From Anthoceros angustus (lineage: Eukaryota > Plantae > Anthocerotophyta), in NCBI GenBank assembly GCA_010909165.1, contig VJWM01000173.1, forward strand, positions 124,001-188,000: DNA of 64,000 nucleotides, given 5' to 3'. The position numbers were made by a program, and so were the translations under genes. Position 1 is the stretch's first letter; each line of letters begins with the position of its first letter. The notes below the pieces were generated by a model. It made no database searches. It was not told where the DNA came from and saw only the letters and a program-made list of their open reading frames with translations. This document shows positions 1 through 13,473 of the stretch, one piece after another.

Positions 1-3000
1 CCTCTATCTCCCGAGGCCCCCTGCTCCATAGTCATGGGCCTTCGAGTTAGCCTCTGCCGGCTGCCTCTCCACCGGCCCGATCACGTCTGTAGTGATCCCG
101 GCCTTTGCCGCGGCTTCCGACTCCTTCGCCGCTTTACGCCCCACTTGGCGCCGCTTAGGGCCGCCTCCGCCAGTCCCGAGCTCTCGCTTGTGCCCGGCCT
201 CTTCCGCCTCCTGCGCTTCCCCGCAAAGGTCCTCCGCCCGCTTGGGCCTCCTGAGCTTGCTTCACTGCTGACAAGAACCTTGGCCCGGCCCGCCGAACCG
301 GCCTCGGCCCGCCAGGCGCTTCCCTTCCTCGATCCGAGCGAGGGACTCCGCCTTTCCTTTGCTCCTTCACTTGCTCTTGGAGTTCCACCATCCTCCTCGG
401 GTGGCCTCCACTTCGGGTCTTCTCACTGCACCACAGAGACCCCAAAGCATTCCGTCCATGACGAGCTGAGACTCGCCGTGTTTCTTCCACGGCCGGTGAG
501 AGGCCCCACAAAGTCCGTAGTGGAGCCGGCATTTCTCGGTCCGCCAAGGACCTCCATACCGCATCCGAGTAAGTCCGATGGGTTCTCGGACCTAATCAGG
601 GACCCTCGGGGTCCCGAGTGGTGAGGTCCGAGTCTCACCCTCTTGGCCCTCTTGGCCTCTAACTCCTTTGTGCCCTCTTTCTCGGGGCTCGGAGGAGGTG
701 AGGGGTCCGGAGCAAGCTCTTTTGCCCCTTCTGCGGAGACTGGCTCGGTGGGGCCGCGTGACCTCCGCCTCCTTGGGCCCCCTTCTCGCCTCCTTACGCC
801 TCTTGACCTCTTGCCACTCCGCAAGGGGGTAAGGGTACCGCACCTTCCGAGGTGCTGCGTTGGTAGGCACCGTCTTCCGCCTCTTGGCCCCGCCGAGTTC
901 GTCGGGGCTCGCAGCCCGTCGTGGTTGTTGGTCGCTGTCTGCCGGGCCGAGCCGCCAACGCCCCAGATCGCCTCCTCCCGTGCCTACCGCTCGGAGGGCA
1001 CCAAAAGGAGGAAGGGGAATCGCCTCCAAACTTCCTGGTGGTGAGGGGTTCGCTGAGACGTATGGAGTCCGGAATCCTCCTCCTCCTCCGAGTCCGCTTG
1101 GTCTCAAGGACGACCCCCACCTCGGCGCCCTTGCACGCCCTACTTGGCGGCCTCCAGCCCCTTCCCGAGCGCTCAAGCTCTCCCTCCTTCAGAGCTCGAA
1201 ATGTCCCCATACATGAATCGTATGGGGTCACCGATGGCGAGGGCTTCTCTCCTTAGCTTGTGCCCGATCGAACCGGCGAAGATAATCCTTCCCACCGCTC
1301 TTCCCACTGAGCGCATGTGAATACTAACAGTTATCACCAAGGTGATCCACCTTGGTGAGGTGTTCCAATGGACAATGATCCGGGCTACCGCCCTTACTCG
1401 ATCCGCCAGATCGGATATCAACCATCCGTTGGTTGTCGGCTCCAGCCTCAACGCCACGTGGTCGGGCCCTATCTTCCCTTCGCCTTAAGGGCCGCACCAC
1501 GCCCCTTCTTCCTCCTTCGGCGGTTGTAGGCCATCCTCGGGACCTCCAAGGTCCATCGCCGGGTCCTCCGGACACTGCTACCTCCTTTGAGGGAGTCGGG
1601 TCCGGTGGAGCTTCTCGGACGGTCTTGGTGTCACCACCTCCTTCTTACCACCTTCTTTTTAGCGGGCTTTCTTGCTCTTCTTCTTGCGGGATACTCTTCC
1701 TCGCTAGAGACCTCGTCTCTTCTTGGACGGCTCCTCCTCGAAGACACCTCCGATTGGTCTTCCTCCTCCTCTCAAGACTCTTCCTCCTCAGTCCCGAACC
1801 CGTTTCTTCTTCTTCTTCTTGCCTCCTTGGGATTTCTTTATCCTCGATGTAGCGATTCCTCGTAGTTTTCGGCCGCTCGCCTTGCCCACGTCCTTCTCGG
1901 CCGGGGCGTGCCATGGGTTTGGCTAGACCGGCGCGAACCACCGTCTGCATCGTGGTATGGGTTGGATGCCGATCCTCGGGGCATAGAACCGCTCGATGTC
2001 TGAGCCGCTTCTCCTTCTTCCCCGATTTTCCAACTTTGATAATACATACCCCTCACGGTCGATCCCTCGAAACCGTTCTAAGAAGGCATTTTCAAAGCTT
2101 CAAGCGAGGCGGGTGGGGCATTCTCCGTGGTCTGTACTTTCTCCGATACCATTGAGTTGTCCTCGGAGAACCCCTTGGAAAAGCTGGATGAGTGCGTCGA
2201 CTCCCTCTCCGTTGAAGTTGGCTTTGGACACGAAGTCCTCCACAAAGGTCTCGCATCCGCTCCTTCTTCCCTCCGAATATGGAGATGCGCTTGTTTGGTC
2301 GAGGTAGGGGCCATGGCTGCGCCATCGATTGGGTTAGGCGTGGGGTCCTACCTTCTTCCGTTGGCGTCCCTCGTACCCGTACTCGTCTTGGTCAATTCGA
2401 CGTTCTCCCTCCTCGATCGGGTGCCTCTCGTTGGGTTTGGCGTCTCTCCCTCTCCAGCTCGGAGAACGCGAGTGACCACGTCCGATCCTCGGCAGTTCAC
2501 TCTTGGCCGTCGCTCGACGCATTCGCATTACCTTCTCTTCCTAAGGCGCACTGCGGCACCACGACCGATTTCATTCCCAGCGCCAAAATGTGGCGGGACT
2601 TTTCGATGGCCGGCGCGCCGCGTGTCGTTGTAGGAAGAAGTCCGTTCCCAAAGGGAATGATAGGCCCGTTTACGCGTTTGGTGATTCTTACCGTCCTTAG
2701 CGCTCGTTCGGTCTCACACACATACTCCTAACTACTCACGTTCCGTCTGAGCCGGTATGGCCAAGCGTTTAGACCCGTTCGCGTCGTATCGTTCACATCC
2801 TCACGCATCGATCCTTTCCTCTCTCCTCTCACGCTACACTCTTGATCTTAGAAAAGGCCGGTTCTGTGATCCGGACCTCCTCCGTCGTTCGCGGGCCTCT
2901 CGTCCGGGCTCTACACACCCTCCGGAGTTCCTCCGGCTCACGCGTTCGGTCCGTTGGTGTGACGGCTCCGGACGACGGATCACGGTCACCCTTCCACACA

Positions 3001-6000
3001 CACAGCGTTAAAAGTCCCGGGACCTTGATCAATCTCCCGGGGTGCGCTCGGTGACTCGGGACTCACGTTAGCAAGAAGACTCACAAAGGTGCAAGGCGGC
3101 ATCAACACCAAGAGAAAGATGCTTTACTAGACCTCGGCCCTCTTATCTGCGGTGGCGTCTTTATTACACCCCTATTACGGTGATAGCCGGTATACCCTAA
3201 TCGGCCTACCATTATCCCCTATCTCCCCTTGTGTAGGTGGGAAGGTCACAGGCCCCTCGGAATGGGTGGTCCAATCCCCGTCAGCGTTGTGGTACCCAAT
3301 CGGATGATCCGTGAGGCCCTCCTCTCCCGGAATCACCGGGTTGGGCTCTGGCGGTCGACAAGCCTTACCACGGCGTCATCCTCCTGGCCTCCACAGGTCC
3401 CCGCGGTGGGGCCACCCTATCGGCTCCCCTAAGCGTAAGTCGAGGGGCTCCTCCTTCTTGTGCGGTCCTCGAGGTCTGTCTCGACTCCGAACTTGAGTCC
3501 TTATTCACAGGTCCGGTAGGCTGGGTCCAGGCCTTGTCTCAGGGTCCGGACCTCGGTCCGGACTTATTTCAGGACTTGGTCCGGACTTATTCAGGACTTG
3601 ATCCGGCCTCCCTGTCCGGACAAAGTCCGGACTCCACCGGGTTTCCTCCCTCACGGGACTCCTCCGTGGCTCTCCCTCGAAGTCCTCCTGTTCCCGATCG
3701 CCCGTGACTCCCGTTGGCCCCTCCTTCCATGGTGAGGTGCGGGGTGCTTACCTCGATCGCATCGCGCTCCTCGTTGCTCCTCGGTTGCTCCTCTCGCGCT
3801 CCGTCATCTCCAAGCAGGGGCCACTAGGGTCCCTGTCGTCCGTGGCCTTCATCTCCTTGAGCCTTCCAGGTCCGTTCTGCGTGAGTCGAGGCTTCTCGCC
3901 TTGAGCTCGGCGTGGTAATAGGCAAAGTCAGATCGACTTGTTGAATTGCCTCTTCCACGTGTGCGGGCGATACTCCCTCCGCCATAAGTGTTTGGCGTCT
4001 TTGCTTGTTGGGCCACCTCTCTGCCCGGTTGGTGGGCAGGCATATCACGAGGCTACAAGGCGGCCTCGGTCACCTCCTGCAGTGCCCATTTGCTCACGCT
4101 CCGGCTCCGTCGTTTCCTTTCCATTGCCGACTTACCGCCATAGCGGCGTTCCCTTCCGCCTTTCTCATTTGGACCCGGCTTCTTTTACCTTCCGGTGCTC
4201 GCGCTCCTCCGTTCATTCGGCCTTTAGCTCAGACTCCCTCTCCAGTGATACCTCCGTCCAGGCTCGGGACTTCCTCCGGCTCATAGCAGCAGCAGCGTCC
4301 AACTCCTTGGATAGTCGATTTTCCTCCGTCTTGAGGAGGCCGGGCACTCTGTTTCGTGCTCAGTCGTGGATTCTCTCGTTGAGAATCACTGCTTTCACGC
4401 ATCTTGGGTTGTAGCTCGGCGTGTCCTTCTTCCTCCATCTGCCGCCTCCCTTCTACCTCCTGCCTTGTGAGATCCTCTATCTCCCGAGTCTGGCCTTGCA
4501 CTGCTCCATAGCACTTTGTCACGGCCTTGAGTTAGCCTCGGTACTGTGACTCTCTCCACGGTTCGATCTGCGTCGTGATCCGGTCGCTCTTTGTGACTTG
4601 CTCCTTCGCCTTTACTCGCCCATTTGGCTCTGGGGCCGCCTCCGAGTCCAGCTCTCTGCTTGTGCCGGGCCTCTTCCGCCTCTGCTGCGCTTCCCTCTTC
4701 GCTGCAAGGTCCTCCGCGCTTGGGCCTCTGAGCTTGCTTGTGCCGGTGAAGAACCTTGATCTGCTGAACGCGCCTCGCGCTCACCCGGCGTTTCCCTTCC
4801 TCGATCCGGGGACTCCGCCTTTTTTGCCCCTGGGCCTTCACTTGCTCTTGGGTTCCACCATCCTCCTCCGGGTGGCCTCCACCTCAGGTCTTCTCATTGT
4901 CGAGACCCCAAAGCATTCCGTCCATAGTGGCAGACTCGCCGTGTTTCTTCCACGGTGTGAGGCCCCACAAAGTCCGTAGTGGAGCGGCATTTCTCGGTCC
5001 GCCAAGGACCTCCATACCGGATCGGGAGTAAGTCGGTGGGTTCTCGGACCTAATCGGGACCCTCGGGTCACAGTGGTGAGTCTCACCTCTTTGGCCCTCT
5101 TGGCCTCTAACTCCTTTGTGCCCTCTTTCTCACAGGGCTCGGAGGAGGTGAGGGGTCGGGAGCAAGCTCTTTTGCCCCTTCACAGGGGGCAGGCTCGGGT
5201 GGGGGGCTGCGATGACCTCCTGCTCCTTGGGCCACGTCCCTTTGCCCTCCCGCCTCTTGACCTCTTGCCACTCGTGGGGGTAAGTCGGCACCTTCGAGGT
5301 CTTTGCGTTGGTAAGCGGCACCGTCTTCGCCTCTTGGCTCCGTTGAGTTCGTCGGGGCTCGGCGTCGTGGTTGTTGGGCATTGTTACTCGGTCAGCCGCG
5401 CCCTCCGGCATCGCTCCCTCACTTGGCTCGGAGGGCACCAAAAGGAGGAAGGGGAATCGCCTCCCAAACTTCAGGTGGTGAGGGGTTCGCTCAGGTATGG
5501 AGTCAGGAATCCTCCCGGTCGTCCTCCTCCAGTCGCTTGGTCTTGAAGGGCGACCCCCACCTCAGGCGCCCTTGCACGCTCTACTTGGCGGGCCTCCCTT
5601 AGGGCGCCCGCTCAAGCTCTCCCTCCTTGAGCTCGAAATGTCCCCCATGAATCGGTATGGGGTCGCCGATGGCGAGGGCTTCTCGCTCCTTAGCGTGCCT
5701 CACGGTGAGCCGAAGATAATCCTTCCCGGTCGCTCTCTTCCCGGGGCGCATGCGAGAATACCAGGTTATCACCAAGGTGATCCACCTTGGCGAGTTCAAT
5801 GGACAATGATCCGGGCTACCGCCCTTACTCGATCCGGCGGATCGGATATCAACCATCCGTTGGTTGTCCTGCGTTCGAGCCTCGCGCCGTGGGCCCTATC
5901 TTCCCGCCGCCTTAAGGGGCTCGGCACCGCCCCTTCTTCCTCCTTGGGCGGTTGTAGGCCATCCTCGGGACCTCCAAGGTCCATCGCCTCGAGTCCTCCG

Positions 6001-6002
6001 GA
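1..6002. repeat. Direct segmental duplication: 1-1572 is homologous to 4474-6002
   Basis: Shared anchors include cctctatctcccgag at 1 and 4474, and gccatcctcgggacctccaaggtccatcgcc at ~1530 and ~5958. The copies differ by many small indels. Confidence 0.95.
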
Positions 6003-9000
6003 GGTTCTTGGATCGGACCTCCTTGTTGATCGCCGCCCGGCATCTTCGGGCAAACTCCGGACTAGGTAGCGTTGTCAAAGGTCCGGACCATTTGGAACAC
6101 GTCCGGATGCCACTCTGCACCAATTCCCCACTTCCTCCGGGCCGGTCCGGATGGTCACAATGTTGCGCTCCACGGTCCATGGCTCCCAGACTTCCGTCGG
6201 CTTTTGGGTGCCATTGCTTTCTCCTCCTCTTGTTCTTTGCTGGCGAGTCCGGGCACGATGTTCCTCCCGCGTTCGTTGCTCCAACCAGCGCGCTCTAAGG
6301 CGCCCAAAAGATAGCCGAGCGGATTGAGCGCAAGGTGAGGATTATGCGGGCGCTGAAATGACCTCCTCCTTGGCGCGCTTGTGGAAATGCTGCTGAAGGC
6401 GCCTCTTGTGTATGCGCGGGCATGGCGTACTCGACTCGCCACTGCGGCCTTACGCGCGCGCGGCGTGAATACTGCCTGCGGCCTGCAGCAGGTTACGGTC
6501 ACAGCCTGCATGCCCGACCTCCACTCGGGGCCGTCCGTGGCGCCGCCTCGTCATCCTCACGCCTCGCTCCTAGGTTACTTTCCTGGCGTACTTATCCTAT
6601 TTTGACTGGGTGGGTTCGGACTTATCCGTTACTCGGGCAGTCGGAGCTTGCCATAGTGGTGCGGGGTCCGTTGTTCACTCAGTCGGAGTATACTCGGAGC
6701 CTCGTCCGCTACCCCAATTTATTCCTCCTTTTAGCCTTATTTATCCTTCAATCCTAAAAAAAAACCCTACTTATTTCCTAACTCCCGGGGAAGTGCATAG
6801 CCACAGGCACCACCCTGTCCCTATGTGCCACTGAAGGAGGGATGCTAAATGTCCTATAGCCTCCTCCTCTGCCCAGCCTTGCCTCCACTTTGCTGCCCAT
6901 GGCGGCGAGGGCTGTGCCCTCGCCATGGCGCTCTTCCTCTCCCGTCGCCCGCCGCCGCCGCCAGCGCACGGGAGAGTGTCCTCCACCCTTCCGCCCCTTG
7001 GCCATGCCTCCGCCCTCACGCTCCGCCACCACCGCCATGCTTTTGTCCTCCAGTAGTCTTCCCACGATCGAGCAGTAACCTTCCCCCCCATGCGCCTTCC
7101 CGCCTTTATACGCTCCCAAATTTCAATTGCCCTACACTTGTGGTTGGCGGCCGAGGTGTCTCTGGTGGCAGGCGGCACCCGTTCGCCTCCGCATGTCCTC
7201 CCGGTGTTGGGATTCATATCGCTGCAACTGCTCGCCATACTCGCCTGGTGGCCGGCCGCCCAATTTACACCCCCGCAAAACTTCTCGTGCAATCGCCGAA
7301 TGGGCACAGGCTCGTGGGCGCTGCGTCACACTAATCGTCATGGACACCAATTGTCCAAAGACCCCAGCCTGACCGCACAGAACCACTTTGGCAACCATGT
7401 GACACGGACGTCTCACCTTACAACCCTTTTGGCCTACCTTGTTTGTAGACGTAACCGCCAACCCTTCCCTCCCACAGCCGCAGAGACTGTAATCGAGCCA
7501 AACACCCGGGACCTTAAAATCACTATCGGCTCTCACACCAATCACGTATATACTTTGTCCGGCCCGGGTCTCGTCCACGCAACACAGCGCAGCTGCCACC
7601 GCCACTACTACTACTAATGCTACAATTGTACATGGCACATAATCATAACCGTGGATCCATAGCGAAAAAGCAACGAAAACGTAGCTCCTCCTTGCACTTC
7701 CTCATACCACAGACCTGCTGCATCGAAATAACGCCCGCCTGCACCATCCATGGCACTCCGCCTCCACGACCGCCTTTTCCTCAAGCCCCACGCCATCCTC
7801 GGGACCTCAAGGTCCATCGCCTCAGTCCTCCGGAGGTTCTTGGATCGGACCTCCTTGTTGATCGCCGCCCCATCTTGGGCAAACTCCGGACTAGAGTAGC
7901 GTTGTCAAGGTCGGACCATTTGGAACGTCCGGATGCCACTCTGCACCAATTCCCACCGCCTCCGGCCGGGGGCGTCGGATAGCGCGGGTCACAATGTTGC
8001 GCTCCACGGTCCATGGCTCCCAGACTTCCGTCGGCTTTTTGGTGCCATTGCTCTCCTCCTCTCTTGTTCTTTGGCTAGTCCGTGGCACGATGTTCCTCCT
8101 TCGCGTTCGTTGCTCCAGCAGCGGTGCGCCGCTCTGCGCCCAAAAAGCGGCGCGGCGGATTGCGGGCGCAAGGCTGAGGATTATGCGGAAATGAAATGAC
8201 CTCCTTGGCGCGCTTGTGGAAGTAAGCTCTGGGCGGAAGGCGCCGTTGTCCAGCGCGAGTGCATGGCTTACTCGACCCTCGCTTGCTTACTCGGCCTTTG
8301 CGCGCGGCCGCGGGCGTGAATACTGCCTGCGGCCTCACGGCAGGTTCGGTCACCCTCTGCATGCCGACCTCCACTCGGGGCCGTCCACGTGGCGCCGCCT
8401 CGTCATCCTCACGCCTCCGCTCCTGGTTACTTTCCTGGCGTACTTATCCTGTTTTGACACAGGTGGGTTCGGACTTATCCGTTACTCGGCGTAGTCCGAG
8501 CTTGCCATAGTGGTGCGGGTCCGTTGTTCACTCAGTCGGAGTATACTCGAGCCTCGTCGGCGCTACCCCAATTTATTCCTCCTTTTCACCTTATTTATCC
8601 TTCAATCCTAAAAGCGAAACCCTACTTATTTCCTAACTCCCGAGGAGTGCATAGCCACAGGCACCCTGTCACTGCCCTCGCCACGAAGGAGGGATGCCGA
8701 TGTCCCTGCCGCCTCCTCCCCTCTGTAGGGCGCCCACAGCCTCGCTGCGCGCGCGCCATGGCGGCAGATCGTGCCTCCGCCATGGCGCTCTTCCTCCGCC
8801 GCCACGCTATCGCCCAAGCACAGACGGGAGAGTGTCCTCCACCCTTCCGCCCGCCGCCCGCGTCTCTCGCCCTCACGCTCCCGCCACCACCGCCATGCTT
8901 TTGTCCTCAGTGGTCTTCCACGATCGAGCGCAGTAACCTCCCCACGCCGCCTTCCCGCCTTTATACGCTCCCAAATTTCAATTGCCCTACACTTGTGGTT

Positions 9001-10740
9001 GGCGGTAGAGGTGTCTCACAGTGGCGGCACCCGTTCGCCTCGCATGTCCTCCCAGTTGGGATTCATATCCGCAATCCGTTACGCCATACTCTGCACCAAT
9101 TCCCCACTTCCTCCGGGCCGGTCCGGATGGTCACAATGTTGCGCTCCACGGTCCATGGCTCCCAGACTTCCGTCGGCTTTTGGGTGCCATTGCTTTCTCC
9201 TCCTCTTGTTCTTTGCTGGCGAGTCCGGCACGATGTTCCTCCCGCGTTCGTTGCTCCAACCAGCGCGCTCTAAGGCGCCCAAAAGATAGCCGAGCGGATT
9301 GCGGGCGCAAGGATGAGGATTATGCGGGCGCTGAAATGACCTCCTCCTTGGCGCGCTTGTGGAAATGCTGCTGAAGGCGCCTCTTGTGTATGCGCGGGCA
9401 TGGCGTACTCGACCCTCGCTTACTGCGGCCTTACGCGCGCGCGGCGTGAATACTGCCTGCGGCCTGCAGCAGGTTACGGTCACAGCCTGCATGCCCGACC
9501 TCCACTCGGGGCCGTCCACGTGGCGCCGCCTCGTCATCCTCACGCCTCGCTCCTAGGTTACTTTCCTGGCGTACTTATCCTATTTTGACTGGGTGGGTTC
9601 GGACTTATCCGTTACTCGGGCAGTCGGAGCTTGCCATAGTGGTGCGGGGTCCGTTGTTCACTCAGTCGGAGTATACTCGAGCCTCGTCCGCTACCCCAAT
9701 TTATTCCTCCTTTTAGCCTTATTTATCCTTCAATCCTAAAAAAAAACCCTACTTATTTCCTAACTCCCGGGGAAGTGCATAGCCACAGGCACCACCCTGT
9801 CCCTATGTGCCACTGAAGGAGGGATGCTAAATGTCCTATAGCCTCCTCCTCTGCCCAGCCTTGCCTCCACTTTGCTGCCCATGGCGGCGAGGGCTGTGCC
9901 CTCGCCATGGCGCTCTTCCTCTCCCGTCGCCCGCCCGCCGCCGCCAGCGCACGGGAGAGTGTCCTCCACCCTTCCGCCCCTTGGCCATGCCTCCCGCCCT
10001 CACGCTCCCCGCCACCACCGCCATGCTTTTGTCCTCCAGTAGTCTTCCACGATCGAGCAGTAACCTTCCCCCCCATGCGCCTTCCCGCCTTTATACGCTC
10101 CCAAATTTCAATTGCCCTACACTTGTGGTTGGCGGTAGAGGTGTCTCTGGTGGCAGGCGGCACCCGTTCGCCTCGCATGTCCTCCCAGTTGGGATTCATA
10201 TCAGCAATCCGTTACGCCATACTCGTCTCTGCACAGGCGGCATGCCAATTACCATAAAACTTTCCTGCATGCATGCATTTGGAATGGGCGATTCGCGATT
10301 CTCGTGGCGTGCACCGCCACTAGCATGGACACCAATTGTCCGGCACCCGATTCGACCGCGAACCACTTTGGCAACCATGACACGGGCGTCCGGCCTTTGT
10401 CCTTTTGGCCTACCTTTTGTTTGTAGGCGTAACCAACTCCTTTCCCTTCCACGACATTCGCGGATCGGTGTCTTTGGGCGCGGCCGGACTCTTAAAATCA
10501 CTATTGGTTTCTCACCAATTCGGATATACTTTGTGGGTCACCCGTCTGTCCATAAACGCACGCGTAGCACTGCCACTACTACTACTGCCACCTTGCACGG
10601 CGGCACCGTCATAGCTTGTGGCGCAGCCGAAAAAGCAACAAAAACGTAGCTCCTCCTAGACCCCTTCCTCATAGCGTTGCACCTCACAGATCGAGTGCCA
10701 ACGTCCTGCCCGCCATCCATGGCACTCCCCGCCTCCACGA
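5958..10740. repeat. Three copies of a ~1.1-1.3 kb unit (5958-7215, 7792-9085, 9088-10200) plus two diverged copies of a ~0.5 kb unit (~7240-7780, ~10250-10740)
   Basis: The anchor cgcctttatacgctcccaaatttcaattgccctacacttgtggttggcgg occurs at ~7101, ~8956 and ~10086. Copies 1 and 3 are near-identical and copy 2 is more diverged. Confidence 0.95.
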
Positions 10741-11015
10741 CCGCCTTCCTGCTCGGCGGCCATCCCGCTTGGGCCACCACCGTCCTTTCCGATTGCTTGC
10801 CTTTGTCCCGGAGCTTCACCTCCTTGACATCACCGGCACAGCGGGCGACAAGTTCCTTCTGCATGCGTGTGTTTGTGATCGTTAAGTACACTGTATGTAT
10901 TACCTTGACATTCGCACCACCTCTTACGTTTCCACTAGCCACTCGCAATGCAAACTCCTCCTTCCATTCCAAGGAGTGCGGCGCGGAAAAGCGATTGCAT
11001 CGTCCTATCGGTGAG

Positions 11016-11540
11016 GAGCATGCGCACCACAGTCGGCTCCTTCCTCTCCATCCATCACACTTGCAGCGTGTTACGTCGTCCCGCTGCGGTTCCTACACCC
11101 ATATACAGCCAGGGAGGTGTCACGCGCAATATCACCTCCACCACGCCCTTACAACACAGTGGCAGCGGCCCCTGCCACCGTTCTATGCGATCGTCCGCTT
11201 CCTTGTCTCACTTCCCCTCGCCATTCTTAGGTACTTCCTCACTCTTTCCTTGGTATGGCCAAGTTCGTTCCACCCATCACAACAAGTTCCGGATTGGCTT
11301 CCCAAGGTTCACCTGCGCTTCGTTGTGGAACCCAGCGGACGGGACGGGTTTGCCGCTGCCGTTCCTTCGCGCTTGTGACTCGAACTCCACAACCTTGAGA
11401 ACAATTTGTCATGTACCTGCCCAACCGCGTGGGGTGCAGTGATAGTGTCGCCGCATACATTCGGGCTATTCCAGGTGATTTATACACCACCCGATCCCCG
11501 TATGTCCTTCCGCCATGGCGGAAATCGCATTGGAAATGCC
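11016..11540 (-). mobile_element. Possible Mutator-like (MULE) transposase relic
   Basis: Minus-strand GISNAISAMAEGHTGIGWCINHL (11472-11540) resembles the MULE G-I/L-x2-A-I/V...C-x2-H segment. A frameshifted CKCDGW...C-x2-HA (11016-11068) downstream resembles a SWIM finger. Stops and frameshifts are present. Confidence 0.4.
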
Positions 11541-11571
11541 GCAGGTAACCTACCCTCATCACAAAGCTATG

Positions 11572-11822
11572 GAATTTTCAAAACTTGCGGGTGAGTTGGT
11601 AAACCAAGAAAATGAATAAGATAAAAGAAGTCTATCCTAGACAACTTGGATAGAATTTTCAAAACTTGCGGGTGAGTTGGTAAACCAAGAAAATGAATAA
11701 GATAGAAGAAGTCTATCCTAGACAACTTGGATAGAATTTTCAAAACTTGTGGGTGAGTTGGTAAACCGTGAAAATGAGTAAGATAGAGGAAGTCTATCCT
11801 AGATGACTTGGATGAAATTTTC
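11572..11822. repeat. 81-bp tandem repeat, ~3 copies
   Basis: Unit gaattttcaaaacttgcgggtgagttggtaaacc...gacaacttggata starts at 11572, 11653 and 11734. Confidence 0.97.
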
Positions 11823-12548
11823 CTATCACAACCTTGCTACTTGATAATTTGTACGATAGTATTCCTAAGCTACCGGAACCAAGGGCATTCATCCCTCTAG
11901 GCACCCCATCTAAAGCGCAAGATGTTTAACACATTCTAATAAATGTGTGTCCATTTGGCCTAAGCAATTTGGATGCACATTTAGCCACACAACTTTCCCT
12001 GATATTTTTTGTGCACTTGTTTGAGAATTTTTCACTAATAGTGAAAAAACTGAATTCTAATAAGAAATTCAGTTTTCTATTTTTAAAATTTTAAGAATTT
12101 AGTTTTCTATTTTTAAAATTTTTAGTTTTTTCCAAGTTCAATAATTAGATAAAACACCATTCTATACACAACCTGCAAAGTGAAGGAAGAACGAGAATAA
12201 GATAGAGATTCTGTTGACTTCCTTGATAATTGAGCACCGATGAATTAGTTAGATCATGGGAAAGGAAAGGAAACTAGGTTTTTGGTAGTGTGCTATTTGT
12301 TTAGGCAACAAGGGATCTGCAACACCAATGCTACTAGCACTTGCCTCAGATCAACACCACAACTCCATGGGGCCCCTCAAACCTAAGGGGCTGGACAAGT
12401 TGCCGGTCAAGGCACACGACGAGGCCCTCACACCGGTTGCCTTTGCTAGTGCAACTGTCATGAGAGCAAGGAAATCCACAACCATGAGAACGTAAGCACC
12501 TGATGAGGCCCCTACGGGTTGGCTCGAAAGTAGCAGGACTCAACCTCA

Positions 12549-12777
12549 TCGTGCGTTAGGCACATAACGAAGCCACCTCTTGGCTGCTTGTTGAACAATG
12601 ATTCATGTCAGACTCACAAACTCCTCGTGCGTCAGGGACATAACGAAGCCACCTCTTGGCTGCTTGTTGAACAATGATTCATGTCAGACTCACAAACTCC
12701 TCGTGCGTCAGGGACATAACGAAGCCACCTCTTGGCTGCTTGTTGAACAATGATTCATGTCAGACTCACAAACTCCT
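12549..12777. repeat. 76-bp tandem repeat, 3 copies
   Basis: Unit tcgtgcgt...ataacgaagccacctcttggctgcttgttgaacaatgattcatgtcagactcacaaactcc starts at 12549, 12625 and 12701. Confidence 0.97.
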
Positions 12778-13186
12778 AGCCTGGACACATGATGAGGCCC
12801 CGCAGGGGCTGCCTTAGCCTAGTGAGTGCTTGCGTTATTGATTGCTTGTTGGTTGACGTCGTTCCTTTGTACAAGGCATGCTGGGATTCCTCGTGCAGTT
12901 CATTCTATGTGCACAAGACCACCTAAAGTAAAGTAAATTAAAAAAAAGTACTCCCCACGTCAAGACATGCAACAATCTTCGCTACACGAAACTTTGAATC
13001 GGCCTCAAGAAGCCGCCTCCATCTCACATTCTTGCTTCCGAGGATTATATCCTAAATCGAGGAAGTTATCTATGTCTTTTTCTCCTTCTTCTTCACTCTA
13101 ACAGTTGAGTGGTGCTACTTTAGGCAGGAAATACGTTAAAACCATCAATTTAACAAACCTACAATAACCTCACCCCTAAAAATTAT

Positions 13187-13473
13187 GATTAAAAATTTAG
13201 TTCAATTACGTTTGATAAGGTAATATATAGTATATATTTCAAAGCCTTAAGAGAAAAGCCAGCAGCCAAAAGGCCCCGAAATAACCTATTCCCCAAACTT
13301 ATAGAATGACAACTTAGTCCCACTATGCTCGATTAAAATTTAGTTCAATTACGTTTGATAAGGTAATATATAGTATATATTTCAAAGCCTTAAGAGAAAA
13401 GCCAGCAGCCAAAAGGCCCCGAAATAACCTATTCCCCAAACTTATAGAATGACAACTTAGTCCCACTATGCTC
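13187..13473. repeat. ~144-bp tandem duplication
   Basis: gattaaaa(a)tttagttcaattacg...gtcccactatgctc at 13187-13330 and 13331-13473, identical apart from one A. Confidence 0.97.

Larger units (their letters stand above)
1..10740 (-). mobile_element. Degenerate, internally duplicated GC-rich retrotransposon remnant(s), probably Ty3/Gypsy of the Tat (Retand/Ogre-like) type
   Basis: No intact ORF. Frameshifted minus-strand coding relics recur in several copies (coiled-coil-like at 3850-4840 and 1-550). A PBS-like 5'-CA-ttt-TGGCGCTGGG lies on the minus strand at ~2575-2591, with an LTR-like tract at ~2589-3395 and a GTCCGGAC array at 3520-3632. No RT or integrase motif was recognised, so the family assignment is inference. 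Confidence 0.5.

Noticed and set aside
1-11500. Numerous 100-270 aa six-frame ORFs
   Set aside because: GC-rich repeat sequence. The ORFs are not conserved in frame between duplicate copies and contain no recognisable intact domain.
11572-12777. CRISPR-like arrays
   Set aside because: Head-to-tail units with no unique spacers, a eukaryotic context and no cas genes.
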